A DNA stretch of 64,000 bases, taken from contig JAQFVV010000011.1 of NCBI GenBank assembly GCA_028023455.1, positions 2,232,001-2,296,000 on the forward strand. Reading direction: 5' to 3'. The notes below the pieces were generated by a model. It made no database searches, was not told the origin of the DNA, and was given only the letters and a program-made list of their open reading frames with translations. This document shows, piece after piece, positions 50,066 to 62,141 of this stretch. This stretch comes from Epiperipatus broadwayi. Its lineage: Eukaryota > Animalia > Onychophora. Within the stretch, counting starts at the first letter, position 1, and each line of letters opens with the position of its first letter. Both the position numbers and the translations under genes were made by a program.

Positions 50066-50255
50066 CATCACATGATCACCATTCTTTATGCTTACACAAG
50101 CTGTTTACACAGAAGGCAAGCTCTCCATACAATAGCGCCACTCAGTGCAAATCAGAGTAATCAATGGATGCAGGAAGGTTTGTGCACAAAATCCCTTTTG
50201 ATTACACTAGCTTGAACTGAGCGGCACTACTATATGGAGAGTTTTGCCTCTGTGT
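50066..50255. mobile_element. Family C fold-back fragment
   Basis: Starts CATCACATGATCACC, and CTCTCCATA...TATGGAGAG are inverted. Confidence 0.75.
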
Positions 50256-50422
50256 AATATATTTTTTAAAAGCATAAAATTAAAATATAAATTTAAATAT
50301 TCTAAAAAAAAATAACATTGTTGATTTCAGAATTTCCATTTTCTTGCAAGATATTGTTCAGCAGTGGTCCTACTTACTTAGCAGTCTCGTATTTTATATA
50401 ATGCTACGCAATCCAGTTTTAG

Positions 50423-50546
50423 CTTTCACTCTCTGCATGCAAAAAATTACACAAGAAGACAAAATATAACTTTTTCAAGCAATTCTTTCACTCTCTGCAT
50501 GCAAAAAATTACACAAGAAGACAAAATATAACTTTTTCAAGCAATT
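50423..50546. repeat. 62-bp tandem duplication
   Basis: CTTTCACTCTCTGCATGC... at 50423 and 50485, identical by eye. Confidence 0.95.
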
Positions 50547-51643
50547 ATTGTCTTTTTCAAAAATGATCATTTCATCGATTGTATTATCTGCCATTTGTTT
50601 TTGACAAATCCACATTTGCAAAAGAGTTCTCATTCTTTCCACGATATTACAATGTAAATTGAGCAATCTAGATAGCCTTTTCATTATAAGTGCACTTTTT
50701 AATTCGATGTGTATTTTAAATGGTATAGATCAAAGTTGTTCAAAACACTTCCACAGACCACATGCGATCCACAATGTGTGTTCGTACAACTTGCCTAGAG
50801 ATTTTATTTTATTTTTAGTGAGAAAAAATAAAATAACAATATGGATTAAACGCTTGTTAGATATTTTAATTTTATCACTAATCAATAATCTTAATGTTGA
50901 TTATAAACAATTATTATGTCTTGTCTAAACATCATATATATGTACTATATTTATTATTTTGAGTGTGGCCATAGAATAAATATTTCTTTTTAAAAGTAGA
51001 TCTTGGATTATTTATTATTATATAGCTCTAGTATAGCCCATTGACTTAATCCTACCATATTGAGAACTTAAATCCCTGACCGATTTACAGCTTTCTATTT
51101 AGAAATCGTCTCTTTATTGTTTTTTTTTTTTTTCAATTCAATATGAATCAATTTTTTGACACTATTTGTCTGCTTATGATTAAAATTAATATTTTTACAA
51201 ATAAGAAAAGGGTTTAATAAAACTAATAAAATGAAATAAATTGCAGATGCAAACTAAATGAAAATAAGCTCTAATAAAATGTAATAAAAATATTTGATGA
51301 TTGACTTAAAGTTGAAATGATTTGAAAAGTCTTGCACGTGGTGGCTACTAAATCAGTCAGTAGAACGAGTTGTAACATTTTCTATTTCAGCCAATGATGT
51401 TCATTGATATAGTGGTTCTACTTTAGCATTTATATTTCCATCATTTTCACAATACTTTTGTTTTAATTTTTTTTTCATATATATCAACATTAAAAAATTT
51501 TCAAATTCTGCTTTTGTGATTCATCATTTCTACTTATTAAATTACATACAAAATATTGTATTAATGAAAGGCCATTTTGTTGCAATATCTGTATGCTGTT
51601 ATACCACTACAAATACCATTATATTATAAATGTGTTATTATGT

Positions 51644-51915
51644 CAATAATTTTTATTAGTCATTCATTAGACTAGAGATTATCCAATAATGAGTAATATT
51701 TCTGTAGTGTAATTTTCGCTGCACCACTCTCATGCAAGATAGGGACTGGTTTCTATCTACTTTTAACACCTTGTGGAGAGATGTAATCATAAACATATGA
51801 CCAAAGACATCCAAAAAAGATATAGATCCCCAAGATACACATTTCTCTCTCAACAAGCACTCATTAGTTGGCCCAGACAATAATCTATTACACATGTCTT
51901 TATTATTGTTCAGTG

Positions 51916-51950
<35 letters not shown>

Positions 51951-52130
51951 AACAAATTAAGAGATTGTGGTCTGGGCTAACTAATGAGTGCTGGTTCAGC
52001 ATCAAAAATGTGTATCTTGGGGATCATAGATCTTTTTCACATGTCTTTGGTTATATGTTTATGACTACATTCCTCTACAAAGTAGCTAGAAACCAGTTCC
52101 TTCCTTAGTGAACTACAGAAATATTAAGTT
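51644..52130. mobile_element. Family A1 inverted dimer around an (AT)n(GT)n tract; both HHRs read CTAATGA
   Basis: Minus arm 51644-51915 (core 51867-51861) and plus arm ~51960-52130 (core 51981-51987). Confidence 0.75.
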
Positions 52131-53314
52131 GTATTAGTATTTCCCTTTTCATTGGTCCAGCTTTTATATTAGTATCACTTTTGCTCTAATATATATCTTT
52201 TCATTATTTATCAATAATGCTTTTACTGCTTTCAAATACATTTCACAAGTTCCATTATATCAATTTCAAAAATCATTTTATACACAAAGCATTTTTTTAG
52301 CTTACATATTTGATCTGGATTAAAAATAATGATTTTCGGTGCAATTTTGTACCAGTTCTGCAAAGCCTGAGTAATTAAAGAATATTAGAAAGTAGGGCAA
52401 ATAGTTTTTTAATATTAATTTTTGTCTTATTGATTTCTTTTTGGTCTATAAGTAAAATGTTACTGCCAAATAGGCATTGTTAAAAACCGTTTCCAACCAG
52501 ACGAAGATCAGTAAACTGAAAACTATTGACAGATATCTGTTTGCAATGACATCTATTGTGAAAAAAAATAGTAAAGACTTTTTAAATAACCAACTATAAA
52601 AAAAGATCTTTTCAGCACCTCTTTATAGAGAACTGTTGGAGAATCTTTCAAATTACCAGATGGCAAGAGTTTGAGTGCGTTTGCAACTTTATTTTATTCT
52701 ACCAGTGTTGAAATCTTAACTGAAATGGCCATAGTCACCTACCAGGGAAAAATTCCTAAGTCTTTTTTTTTTAAAAATATTTTGTTCTGAAAATCCCAGA
52801 TCATGGGACCATGATGTTTTATGCTCACATTATTTACTTATGGTTATATACAGTTGACTATAGATTGAGAAAGAAAATGACTACAGACTTACCTTTAAAC
52901 ATTAATAAATATAAAATTATATTATTTTATATAAATATGTTTAAATCTATCTATAAATAAACAGTAAAGAAATTTTAAAATTAAATTATTCTGCAACTCT
53001 AACTATATTTTTTACAACTAAAAAATAATAATAAATTAAATAAAAAAAGTTTTTTTAAAAAGATATTAAATATTAAAAAACGTTATATATAAAAAATGTT
53101 AAGTAAAAAAGAAAGAAAAAATTATATATAAATTAAAGAATTTTTGATTAGAGAAATTAAAAAAAAAAAACAGTTATTTTTGCAAAAAATCCTAATTCAG
53201 GAAATTGTTTAAAATGTTATTATTATTAAAAAAGCTAGAATATTTAACTTTATATATTGCAATTTAAAACAACAAGACTATTACTTAAATATATTTAATT
53301 TTTCCATTTCAAAA

Positions 53315-53960
53315 TTGTTTTCTTTATATTACTTTGAATTTCTTTCAAACGGTTTAAAGATGGCTGCTGTCCCTAGCGGCAAAAATGTGCAGAGACCTAA
53401 ACTACACAAATTAAAATCTTCAAAATTACTCAGATTTTATCCAAATCCAATTTCAAACAAAATGATTAAAAACATCATCACCAAAGAACTTATTTCAAAG
53501 TCTCCATCTCCTTGCCCTCTGGACTTTCCTCCCTTTCAGACTGTGGTTTGCTCTATCAAAAGTAAAAAGCAAGCCAAAAAGAACAAAATGACCAATCATA
53601 ATGCCACTTCAAATACAATGGCAAAAACTAAAATTCCTCATCTACAAAAGACAAAAGCCTGTTGCACCTAAGCATAACTCAAGAAATCTCCTCATCCATC
53701 CTTGAAACCTCTAAAGACTTAATATCTAGCAATTCCTCCAAAGTTAATGTCACACATGGATCCTCCTATCATTTTACCAGGGCAACCAAGTGGATCAACA
53801 TTGCTCCTTACCAAAGACACTTCTTTGCCTGGACTACATACCCTTTCCATATCCTTTTCCCATTTCATATGTATTCTCTTCCCCTTCACCATATTGTATT
53901 TGAATTTCATTTTACCATGTAATCATCTCTTTGTAAATCTTTTTTTAACTGTTGTGTATT
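53315..53960 (+). other. C-rich ORF-bearing segment of unknown origin (possible LINE ORF1-like fragment)
   Basis: Overlapping short ORFs, a Lys/Ser/Pro/Asn-rich translation and a C/A-skewed strand like the 62-64 kb LINE. No recognisable domain. Confidence 0.2.
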
Positions 53961-54171
53961 GTGCCTTTTTGATGAATAAAAGCTTTCATCACTGGGGGGG
54001 GGGGCAAGACTATTTCTCTTATCAGATACTTAGTACAAGCTTGAAAGCTACAAGTAAGAAACTAGCCTAAGGATTTGAATAAAACAGCAAAGGATTAAAA
54101 TTTATTAAATGATTATCTGTCATCTATTGTTTACTCAAGCTTAAAGTAATGTATAGGCATAGATCATTTGC

Positions 54172-54285
54172 TCAGCTTACCATAGTTAGTAGAACATCCG
54201 ACTTGAGATCATCCAAGTCCTAGGTTTGATTCTGGTGCTGGAAATTCTTATGAACTCCCGAACAATAAAGCCACTAGCCACTAGC
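54172..54285 (+). mobile_element. Second tRNA-like SINE family copy
   Basis: CATAGTTAGTAGAACATCCGACTTG...GGTTTGATTC...TTCTTATGAACTCCCGAACAATAAAGCC matches 48019-48265. Confidence 0.6.
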
Positions 54286-55544
54286 ACTGTTTTTATGGTG
54301 TTTCAACAATTTAAAATTTTTCATAGTGAATAAAAAATAAGTACAAGACTTTGTAAAATAATATAATGGATTAAATGCAACTAGAGAAAACAAATGCAAA
54401 TATTGCCAAATGATTTTAATAATTCAAATATTTATACATTATGGAATTTAAATCTCATATATAATCATTATTAAAAATGCATTTACATGTGCATAAAATA
54501 TATAAATTATAAAATAATGTCTGCTGTTTATTGAAATAGAAAAGAAGTATGTTATATTGCATGAAGTTTTACTCAGTAAACAAAATGTACTTTAACATCT
54601 GTATTAGAAACAATAATCAACTCCTATGGATCTTCTTCAATGGAATGAAATGATAATACCAACCAAATCCTAAACAGTGTTTTGGTTGCTGGTCTTCATC
54701 AATGTGTCACATTGGATTTGGGCAAACATTAACATCTAGTGATTCCTTTTACTTTTATACTATCCTAAGGGACTGAAATTCAATCACACTTAGGAACTGA
54801 ACTTATCAAATATACTTGTATAATTAAATGATGCATTAAATATATAGTTGTTTTAAAAGCAGAATGGCTTGATTCAAAATCTTAGAGTGTTTAAATCACA
54901 GGAGACTAGTCTAGGAAGTTATGGTATGGGTGTACAAGCAATACTATGCACTAATGAAAATCTATAGCTAAAAATTGTATAGGGATTTGTTTAGCACCAT
55001 TATTACTACACTTATAATAAATGAATTAGATTGGGTTATTTGGATTACTGGTCATAATATGCAACTTTTCATATATAAAATTTTTACAAAAATGCTAAGA
55101 ACCTTTGTAAAATGTATAATCAATCAAATTATATCGTTATAATAAAAAAAAATTGGTAATGTATAGTCCTATTATTTGTTAACATACGTATAATACATAC
55201 ATATAGCAGTCAGTCATAAATGAGTATGGCCATTCCAAGACCAAATAAAGAAAAGAAGTTTTGGTATGACTATACAAACCAATCTATGAACTATAAATAT
55301 ATCTGCATACAGAATATGCTGACTTATTCTGTTTATTTGATATTTGCAATGCTGACTTTTAATTTGATTAGCAGAAAACTTTTCTTTCTGAAATACTTCA
55401 TGTCTAATTGCAGTTCTTCAATGTATTCTACTCTCTGCCCATATCTTCTCAATGGAAACAACTAACATTGCAATTATTTAGAATGTCTGTAAGATAATCC
55501 ATATAATGTAGTATTATTATCTTTCCTATTGGACTGCCAAATCC

Positions 55545-55785
55545 ATATAATATTAATATCATCCATGTTCTTTATTATTGTTATAATGCTTTTTTTTTTT
55601 ACAACCTAATGACAGTTTCGATTGCTCCAGCAATCTTCTTCAGAACTATAATAAACATAATACAAATACATGAATATGAATAGTTCTGAAGAAGATTGCT
55701 GGGGCAATCAAAACTGTCATTAGGTTGTAAAAAAGCAATGTAAAAGTAATAGAGAATATAGATGATATTAATATTATACTTATAT
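55545..55785. mobile_element. Family F fold-back with a hammerhead-like motif on each arm
   Basis: Left arm (minus) reads tagtt CTGAAGA a gattgc-tgga-gcaatc GAA ACTGT C attagg. The right arm (plus, 55686) is the same with GAAA changed to AAAA. Confidence 0.7.
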
Positions 55786-56809
55786 TGCAGATGAGATCTA
55801 CATCTACCATGAAGCTATGCTCAAGTTCAGAATAAAATACCTTTTTAAGGAAGTTTTGCATTGTTCATATCCAATCCAATGAAAGTGATTTTACAATAGT
55901 GGACTAGTGGACTATTATAATATCACATCCAGCAATTTAAAAAACCTATTAATTGATTCTATGAACTTATCATTGCATTTATAAAATTTTACAGAGCATT
56001 TTAAAATACAACATTTCTAATGCTTTTATATTACACTGATAAAGTATCCCTACCTCAGGTCCATATAGTAAATTAAGTAAAGAACAAATTTTATATTTAG
56101 CAAACTTACTAGCAATTGTTATTCCCTGTGATGAAATACTCTACTTTTTAATTGGCTAAAAACAGGAGCAGTGCATTTGTACCTCATCATCTAAGTCAAC
56201 TTGTATATTTATGAAATTATCCAGGTATAAAAATTGGTTTGCATTCTCAAATCAATATCACCCAAATTAAATGTTTTTGGGGATTTTTCTTTCATCACTG
56301 GCTGCTAAAAAAACTCACGTTTTTTTGAACATTAATAATTAAACCAAAATCTTTTAAATATTGCATTCAAATATTAAATATGTTCTGTACGTTGTCTTTT
56401 GAACTAACAAAAATAGCACAATAATCAGCTTACTATAAATCCAGAATCCTAGAAGATAAAGTTCTTGTGTTTCTTTTATGTGATTCAAATTAAAAATATA
56501 TCTAATCTATTTCGTATCTTGATCCTGATTCATTAGACTACCTATAAACAATTTCACAAATAATTATCATAAATATTGAAATCAGTATTAGAGAAAATAC
56601 ACATTCTTTGTTTAACACTTCCTCTTATTCCCATCACATACAGGCTGCAATAAATGGACAACTATCTAATTTCTAATAATGCCACAAATCAAACCTAATC
56701 GATTAACTGAATCATATGACCTGATAAAATAAATGAAAGCAAATATTGATTGATAGAACAAGTAATGATCTTTCAAATTTAAATATTGTTAGAAATTGTT
56801 TATTTAAAC

Positions 56810-56948
56810 AGAGGCAAAAACTCTCCATACAGTAGCACCATTTAATGCAAGTCAGTGTAATCAACAGATGCAGGAAGATTTGTGAATATCCTATCTAGTG
56901 CCTACTCATCCAATATCTGCAGACAAGTTTTTAGCTTGTGGTTTTTCA
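56810..56948 (-). mobile_element. Family C fragment truncated inside the HHR
   Basis: Minus strand reads ccacaagcta AAA ACTTGT C tgcagatattggatg..., colinear with 32855-32990. Confidence 0.65.
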
Positions 56949-58648
56949 ATTTGCCGCAACAAAAAATTTACATGATTTATTGCTTTCTTTATATTAAAAC
57001 AAGAAAACAACCAGAGAAAAAAATGTACCACTAAAAAGGACTTAGTTAAAAAAAATAGAGACAGTAGAGTCCAGTAAAGTTATTGCTTATACTTTTGAGT
57101 AAATTTAAGATATGCAAAACATCTTAAAACAAAATTTTCATATGCGGTAGTTTCCCCATTTCCATGATTTCCATATGCTATTCATGCTTCAAAAAAAAAT
57201 TATTAAAATAAAATTAAAAAAATAGAATTGATTAAAAAATTTGATTTTATAACATTTTAATTTTTTAATTCACAATATTTCTACTGGGCACTATGAACCT
57301 TCGTAAACAAATAGGTGATATAATTTTTTCATCCTATTTTTTTAATTTATTACACAAAAATTATTACATAATCATAAAATTGACTTACATAAAAATACAG
57401 GAAGGAATAAAATACAAATATAAAGGAAATTTATATTATTCTACTTATTTTGGTTAATTCAATATAAAATTTAGTAAAAATTTAATTTTCATATAATAGC
57501 TGATGTTAAACCAGCATTTGAGTATTAGAAAACTTTCTTAAATTTTCTAAGTTTGATATTAAGTAGTAAATCTGCCACATCCAGATTATCAACATCTGCT
57601 GTTATTTGAAAAATATAGCAAATATGAAAATTGTAAGCAAAATAAGTTTTAATTTTTTAGTTCACATTACAACCTGCTTCAGCTTTGTATTTGAAATTAT
57701 AACACTTCACTTATTATCATTTAGATGTATTTTTTGCATTTATTTATCAACTTTCATCATATGCAAAAAGGATATACACATATATAATTTTAGTATTGCT
57801 ATATTTACATATAAAACATTTATGTGAAGTATTTTTTCTAACTTACATTATTAAACAAAAACTCTTATTAAAATTGTTAAATTTCTTAACTAATATTAGT
57901 ACATCAAATACATAAAAAAGTACAATAGATTTTTTTAATGCATTGAAAAAAAAATTTGTACTATGCATACATATGACATATCAGCCAATAGAATATTCAT
58001 TTCTGGCCAGCATGATAAAAATTAATAAAACATTTTTTTTATCAATTTGATTTATTTCTTATCTTTTCTATATTTTTTACTAATAAATCTTATAATTTTT
58101 TATGTTTTTTTTTTGATAAAACATTTTTTTAAAAAATATATGTATACTGTATATATTTTTAATAAAAATAAATTAATTTGAAAAGGAAATAAAAGTATTA
58201 ATAATTATATATTTTTTGGTAATAATTTTTTATATTGTATTGTTTTGATCAGTTACTATAAATGTATTTTTCTGAAAATCAAATTATTTATTATATATAC
58301 AATAAATACTAAGTTTATTAATCGTATTTGTAAAAAAAAATAGTTATATAGATAGACAATGATTTTAATAGTCTTCACAATATGTAAGTTATTTTTTTAA
58401 AAAATGATTTCAAGCACTATGCAGCTAATAATCAATTTTATATGATCAAAGATTATTAAAAGTAAATTTAAAATAGTATTTATTTTCAATTTTAAATCAA
58501 TAATCTTCTAATTTGCTTGTGGCTTATTCAAGATAATAGCCCATTTTATTGTAAACACAAATTTGCAAAAGAAAAGGATTTCATTATGTCTATTATTAAA
58601 CTGCAACAATTAACTGCACATAGCATTTCTCTACTTATATTTTATTTA

Positions 58649-58815
58649 GGCTGCAGAAAGGAGTTTGCTATTAACTGAAAGGAGACCCTTTGATTCCTCT
58701 TGGATGCCTTAAAGGAACAGAGCAGGGCAAATTCCTAATGTCCACTCCATACGTTCTTGTCGTTGCAGCTGTTATTACTATATGTTTATTCATATAGTAT
58801 ACGAACATGGATGGG
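58649..58815 (+). ncRNA. HDV-like (CPEB3-type) self-cleaving ribozyme at the RTE 5' end
   Basis: P1 GGCTGCA (58649-55) / TGCAGCT (58764-70) with a G1-U wobble. P2 TCCA-C-TCCAT / ATGGATGGG. P3 ACG/CGT with L3 TTCTTGT. GT for P1.1. P4 TACTATATG/CATATAGTA. J4/2 CGAA with the catalytic C at 58802. Long structured J1/2. Confidence 0.9.
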
Positions 58816-58940
58816 CTGCTCACCAACATGCATTAGCCAGCGTGGTGAATTTATTGGCTTTTTACCTCTGAGTTTAAGATCAAGAAACACCATGGTCTTT
58901 CTTCTCAGTGCCCGATAAGGCAGAATGAATGTTTGTGTAA

Positions 58941-61927
58941 ATGATAAAGATTTTTCCCAATTATACAATTATGACAGACAAAAATAAAGCATGGCCCTTA
59001 ATCCCAGGAGGCTGTAAAGTCACCAACCAAGGCAGCGGTTGGTGGCCGAAGGCGGAGGGTGCTAAGAATATCCTGGAGGCGGACCCAGGCTGCCATTTGA
59101 TGACGACTTTTTATTTAGGTACTTACAACTGCAGATCACTTTCAAGTGAAGGAAGATTGCAAGAATTAGAAGAAGAACTCTCTTATATTAAATGGGATAT
59201 TATTGGACTTTGTGAAGTTAGAAGAAAAGATGAAGAGACAATTGATTTAAAAAGTGGACATATGCTCTATTATAAAGGGACAAATATTGGAAATACAAGT
59301 GGAATAGGATTCATTATAAATAAAAAGTGGAAGAACAATATTGTGGAGATTGATGGTGTATCAGACAGAGTGGCAAGATTAGTTATACAACTTAATAGCA
59401 GATATCAAATGCAGATAATTCAGGTTTATGCCCCAACAAGTTCTCACAGTGATGAAGTAGTAGAAGATTTTTATATGGATGTACAAAAGGCTTTTGATCA
59501 GAGTAAACAACATTTTAAAATTGTTATGGGAGATTTTAATGCTAGAATTGGTAAACAAATGAAAGATGAAAGTGTTGTAGGTAATTTTGGTTATGGTAAT
59601 AGAAATGAGAGAGGACATAGACTTGTGGAGTTTGCAGAGAAGGAAAAACTTTATATTATGAATTCTTTTTTTGAGAAAAATGTTAGAAGGAAATGGACAT
59701 GGAAGCATCCAAATGAAGGTACAGCAGAATTGGATTATATTTTGACTAACAGGAAATACATATTTCAAGATTGTAATGTTCTTAATAAATTTAACACAGG
59801 AAGTGATCATCGATTAGTAAGGGGTAAGATACATGTTAATGTAAAACTAGAGAGACAAAAATTATTAAGAAAAACTATATTTACAGTTGATATTCCTAAT
59901 CTTCAGAAACATTCTAATGAATTTAAATTAGAACTTACAAATCGGTTTCAAGTATTAGTAGATTTTGAACATGATTCAGATTTGAATGAAATTAATATGA
60001 AAATAACTGATACACTTTTAAAAACTGCAACAAAGATAGCTGGTAGAAAAAAGCAGCAATTGACTAATAAAATTTCTACTGAGACTAGAGAACTTATGAA
60101 GAAAAGAAGGAATATGAAGATATGCAAGAATGATGCATTAAAAAGAATTGAATATCTCGAATTTTGTAAAATGGTGCGGAAAAGAGTTGAAAATGATATA
60201 AGAAAGTATAACTGTGAACTAGCAAGAAAAGCTGTAGAAGAAAATAAAAGTCTTAAGAATGTAAAACAACATTTTGGTATTGGTAGGAAATTTATATCTG
60301 CAATAAGGAAAAAAGATGGAATTATTACTAAAAAGAGGGATGACATTATGAAATTGGTAGAAGATTTTTATCAAGAATTATATAGTAATAAAGAACAAGT
60401 ACCTCCTATATCTATTACATCTTCCGAATTGCCCAGAATTTTAAATGAAGAAGTGAGAAATGCAATTAAATGTATGAAAAAAGGAAAGGCTCCAGGTAAT
60501 GATGGAATTATAATTGATATATTAAAAGAAGCAGGTGAAGAAACAGAAAAAATATTAGCAAAGTTATATGCCAAATGTCTAAATGATAAAGATGTACCGG
60601 ATGATTGGAAGAATGCAGTAATAATATTAATATTTAAAAAAGGTGATAAAGAAGATATTAGAAATTACAGACCTATCAGCCTTTTATCAGTTTTATATAA
60701 AATTTTTACCAAGATAATTACAACTCGTCTACAGAGAACCTTGGATTTTCACCAACCAAAAGAACAAGCTGGATTTAAAAGTGGTTTTAGTACAGTAGAT
60801 CATATTCAAGTATTGAGAGAAGTTATAGAAAGGACAAATGAATATGAGTTGTCATTATGTTTTGGATTTGTAGATTATGAAAAGGCATTTGATTCTATAA
60901 ACATTTCTTCAGCGATTAAAGCATTGGATCATCAAGGTATAGATCCAGGATATTGTCATATTTTAAAGAATATTTATAAAAATGCAACAGCAACAATTAG
61001 ATTACATAATGATACTGGGAAAGTCAACATTGAGAAAGGTGTAAGACAAGGTGACTCCATATCTCCAAAACTTTTTACAGCAGTGCTGCAAGAAGTATTT
61101 TGTGGATTAAAGTGGGAAACTAAAGGAGTGAAAGTAAATGGAGATTATTTAAGTCATTTAGATTTCGCAGATGATGTAGTTGTTTTTGCAAATAATGCTT
61201 CCGAGCTGCAGGAAATGTTGCAGGAGTTATCAGATGAAAGTAGGAAAGTAGGACTAAAGATAAATGTTAAAAAGACTAAAGTAATGTTTAATCGATTTGC
61301 TCAAAATATGAAAATAAAGATTGATTATGATGAATTAGAAGAAGTTAAGAGTTACAAATACCTTGGTCAGATTATTAATACAGATGGAGCATAATAGAGG
61401 AAATTAATCATAGAATTAAACTTGGTTGGAGTGCTTTTGGTAGAAATAACTTGATATTAAAAGGAAATATGCCTATGTGTTTGAAAAGAAAGGTTTTTAA
61501 CAAATGTGTTTTACCAGTTCTTACTTATGGATCTGAGACTTGGACACTTAATAGAAGATCAATACAGAGACTTCAGACCACTCAAAGAAGCATGGAGAGA
61601 TGTATGTTGGGAGTAACAAGAAGAGATCGAAAACGCAATGTATGGGTAAGAGAACAAACAGGTGTTACTGACCTCATTGAAAAAATTAAAAGATTGAAGT
61701 GGAGTTGGGCTGGACATATTGCTAGAAGAGATGATAATAGATGGACAATTGAAATTTTAAACTGGATTCCAAGAGATTGTAAAAGACCCAGAAGGAGACC
61801 ACATGTAAGATGGATGGATGAAATAAGAAAATGTGTAGGGGTGATGTGGAGAAGAGAAGCTAAAGATCGGAGAAGATGGATTAGACTTGGAGAGACCTTC
61901 ATCCTGCAGTGGATTGATAGTGGTTGA
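58941..61927 (+). pseudogene. RTE ORF (APE endonuclease plus reverse transcriptase) split by one frameshift at ~61390
   Basis: APE motifs TYNCRSL, GLCEVR, GDFNA, LDYIL and SDH. RT motifs [23 protein letters not shown] and FADD. The frame from 61391 ([17 protein letters not shown]...LTYGSETW) continues the protein. Confidence 0.92.
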
Positions 61928-62141
61928 TAATGATGATTTTATTTAATTTTACTGCATTTATGTAAAATAAAAAATACATGATTTAAGAACAATTAACAGC
62001 TGTTAATATATTATAAATATTTTGATTTATTTTTTTTCTTCCTTATTATGATTCAGAGACTGTGCTTGCAATTTACATAAACTTTTTGGGCAAATGATAG
62101 GTTCATTTGCATTAAGGTAAAATGTACACACACATATATAT

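Larger units (their letters stand above)
58649..61935 (+). mobile_element. Full-length RTE-clade LINE, 10-bp TSD, (TGA)-type tail
   Basis: TSD ATTTTATTTA at 58639-58648 and 61936-61945. A single APE-RT reading frame and a very short 3' end GATAATGATG. Confidence 0.92.

Noticed and set aside
59379-61902. Minus-strand ORFs of 67-143 aa
   Set aside because: They are antisense shadows of the RTE ORF.
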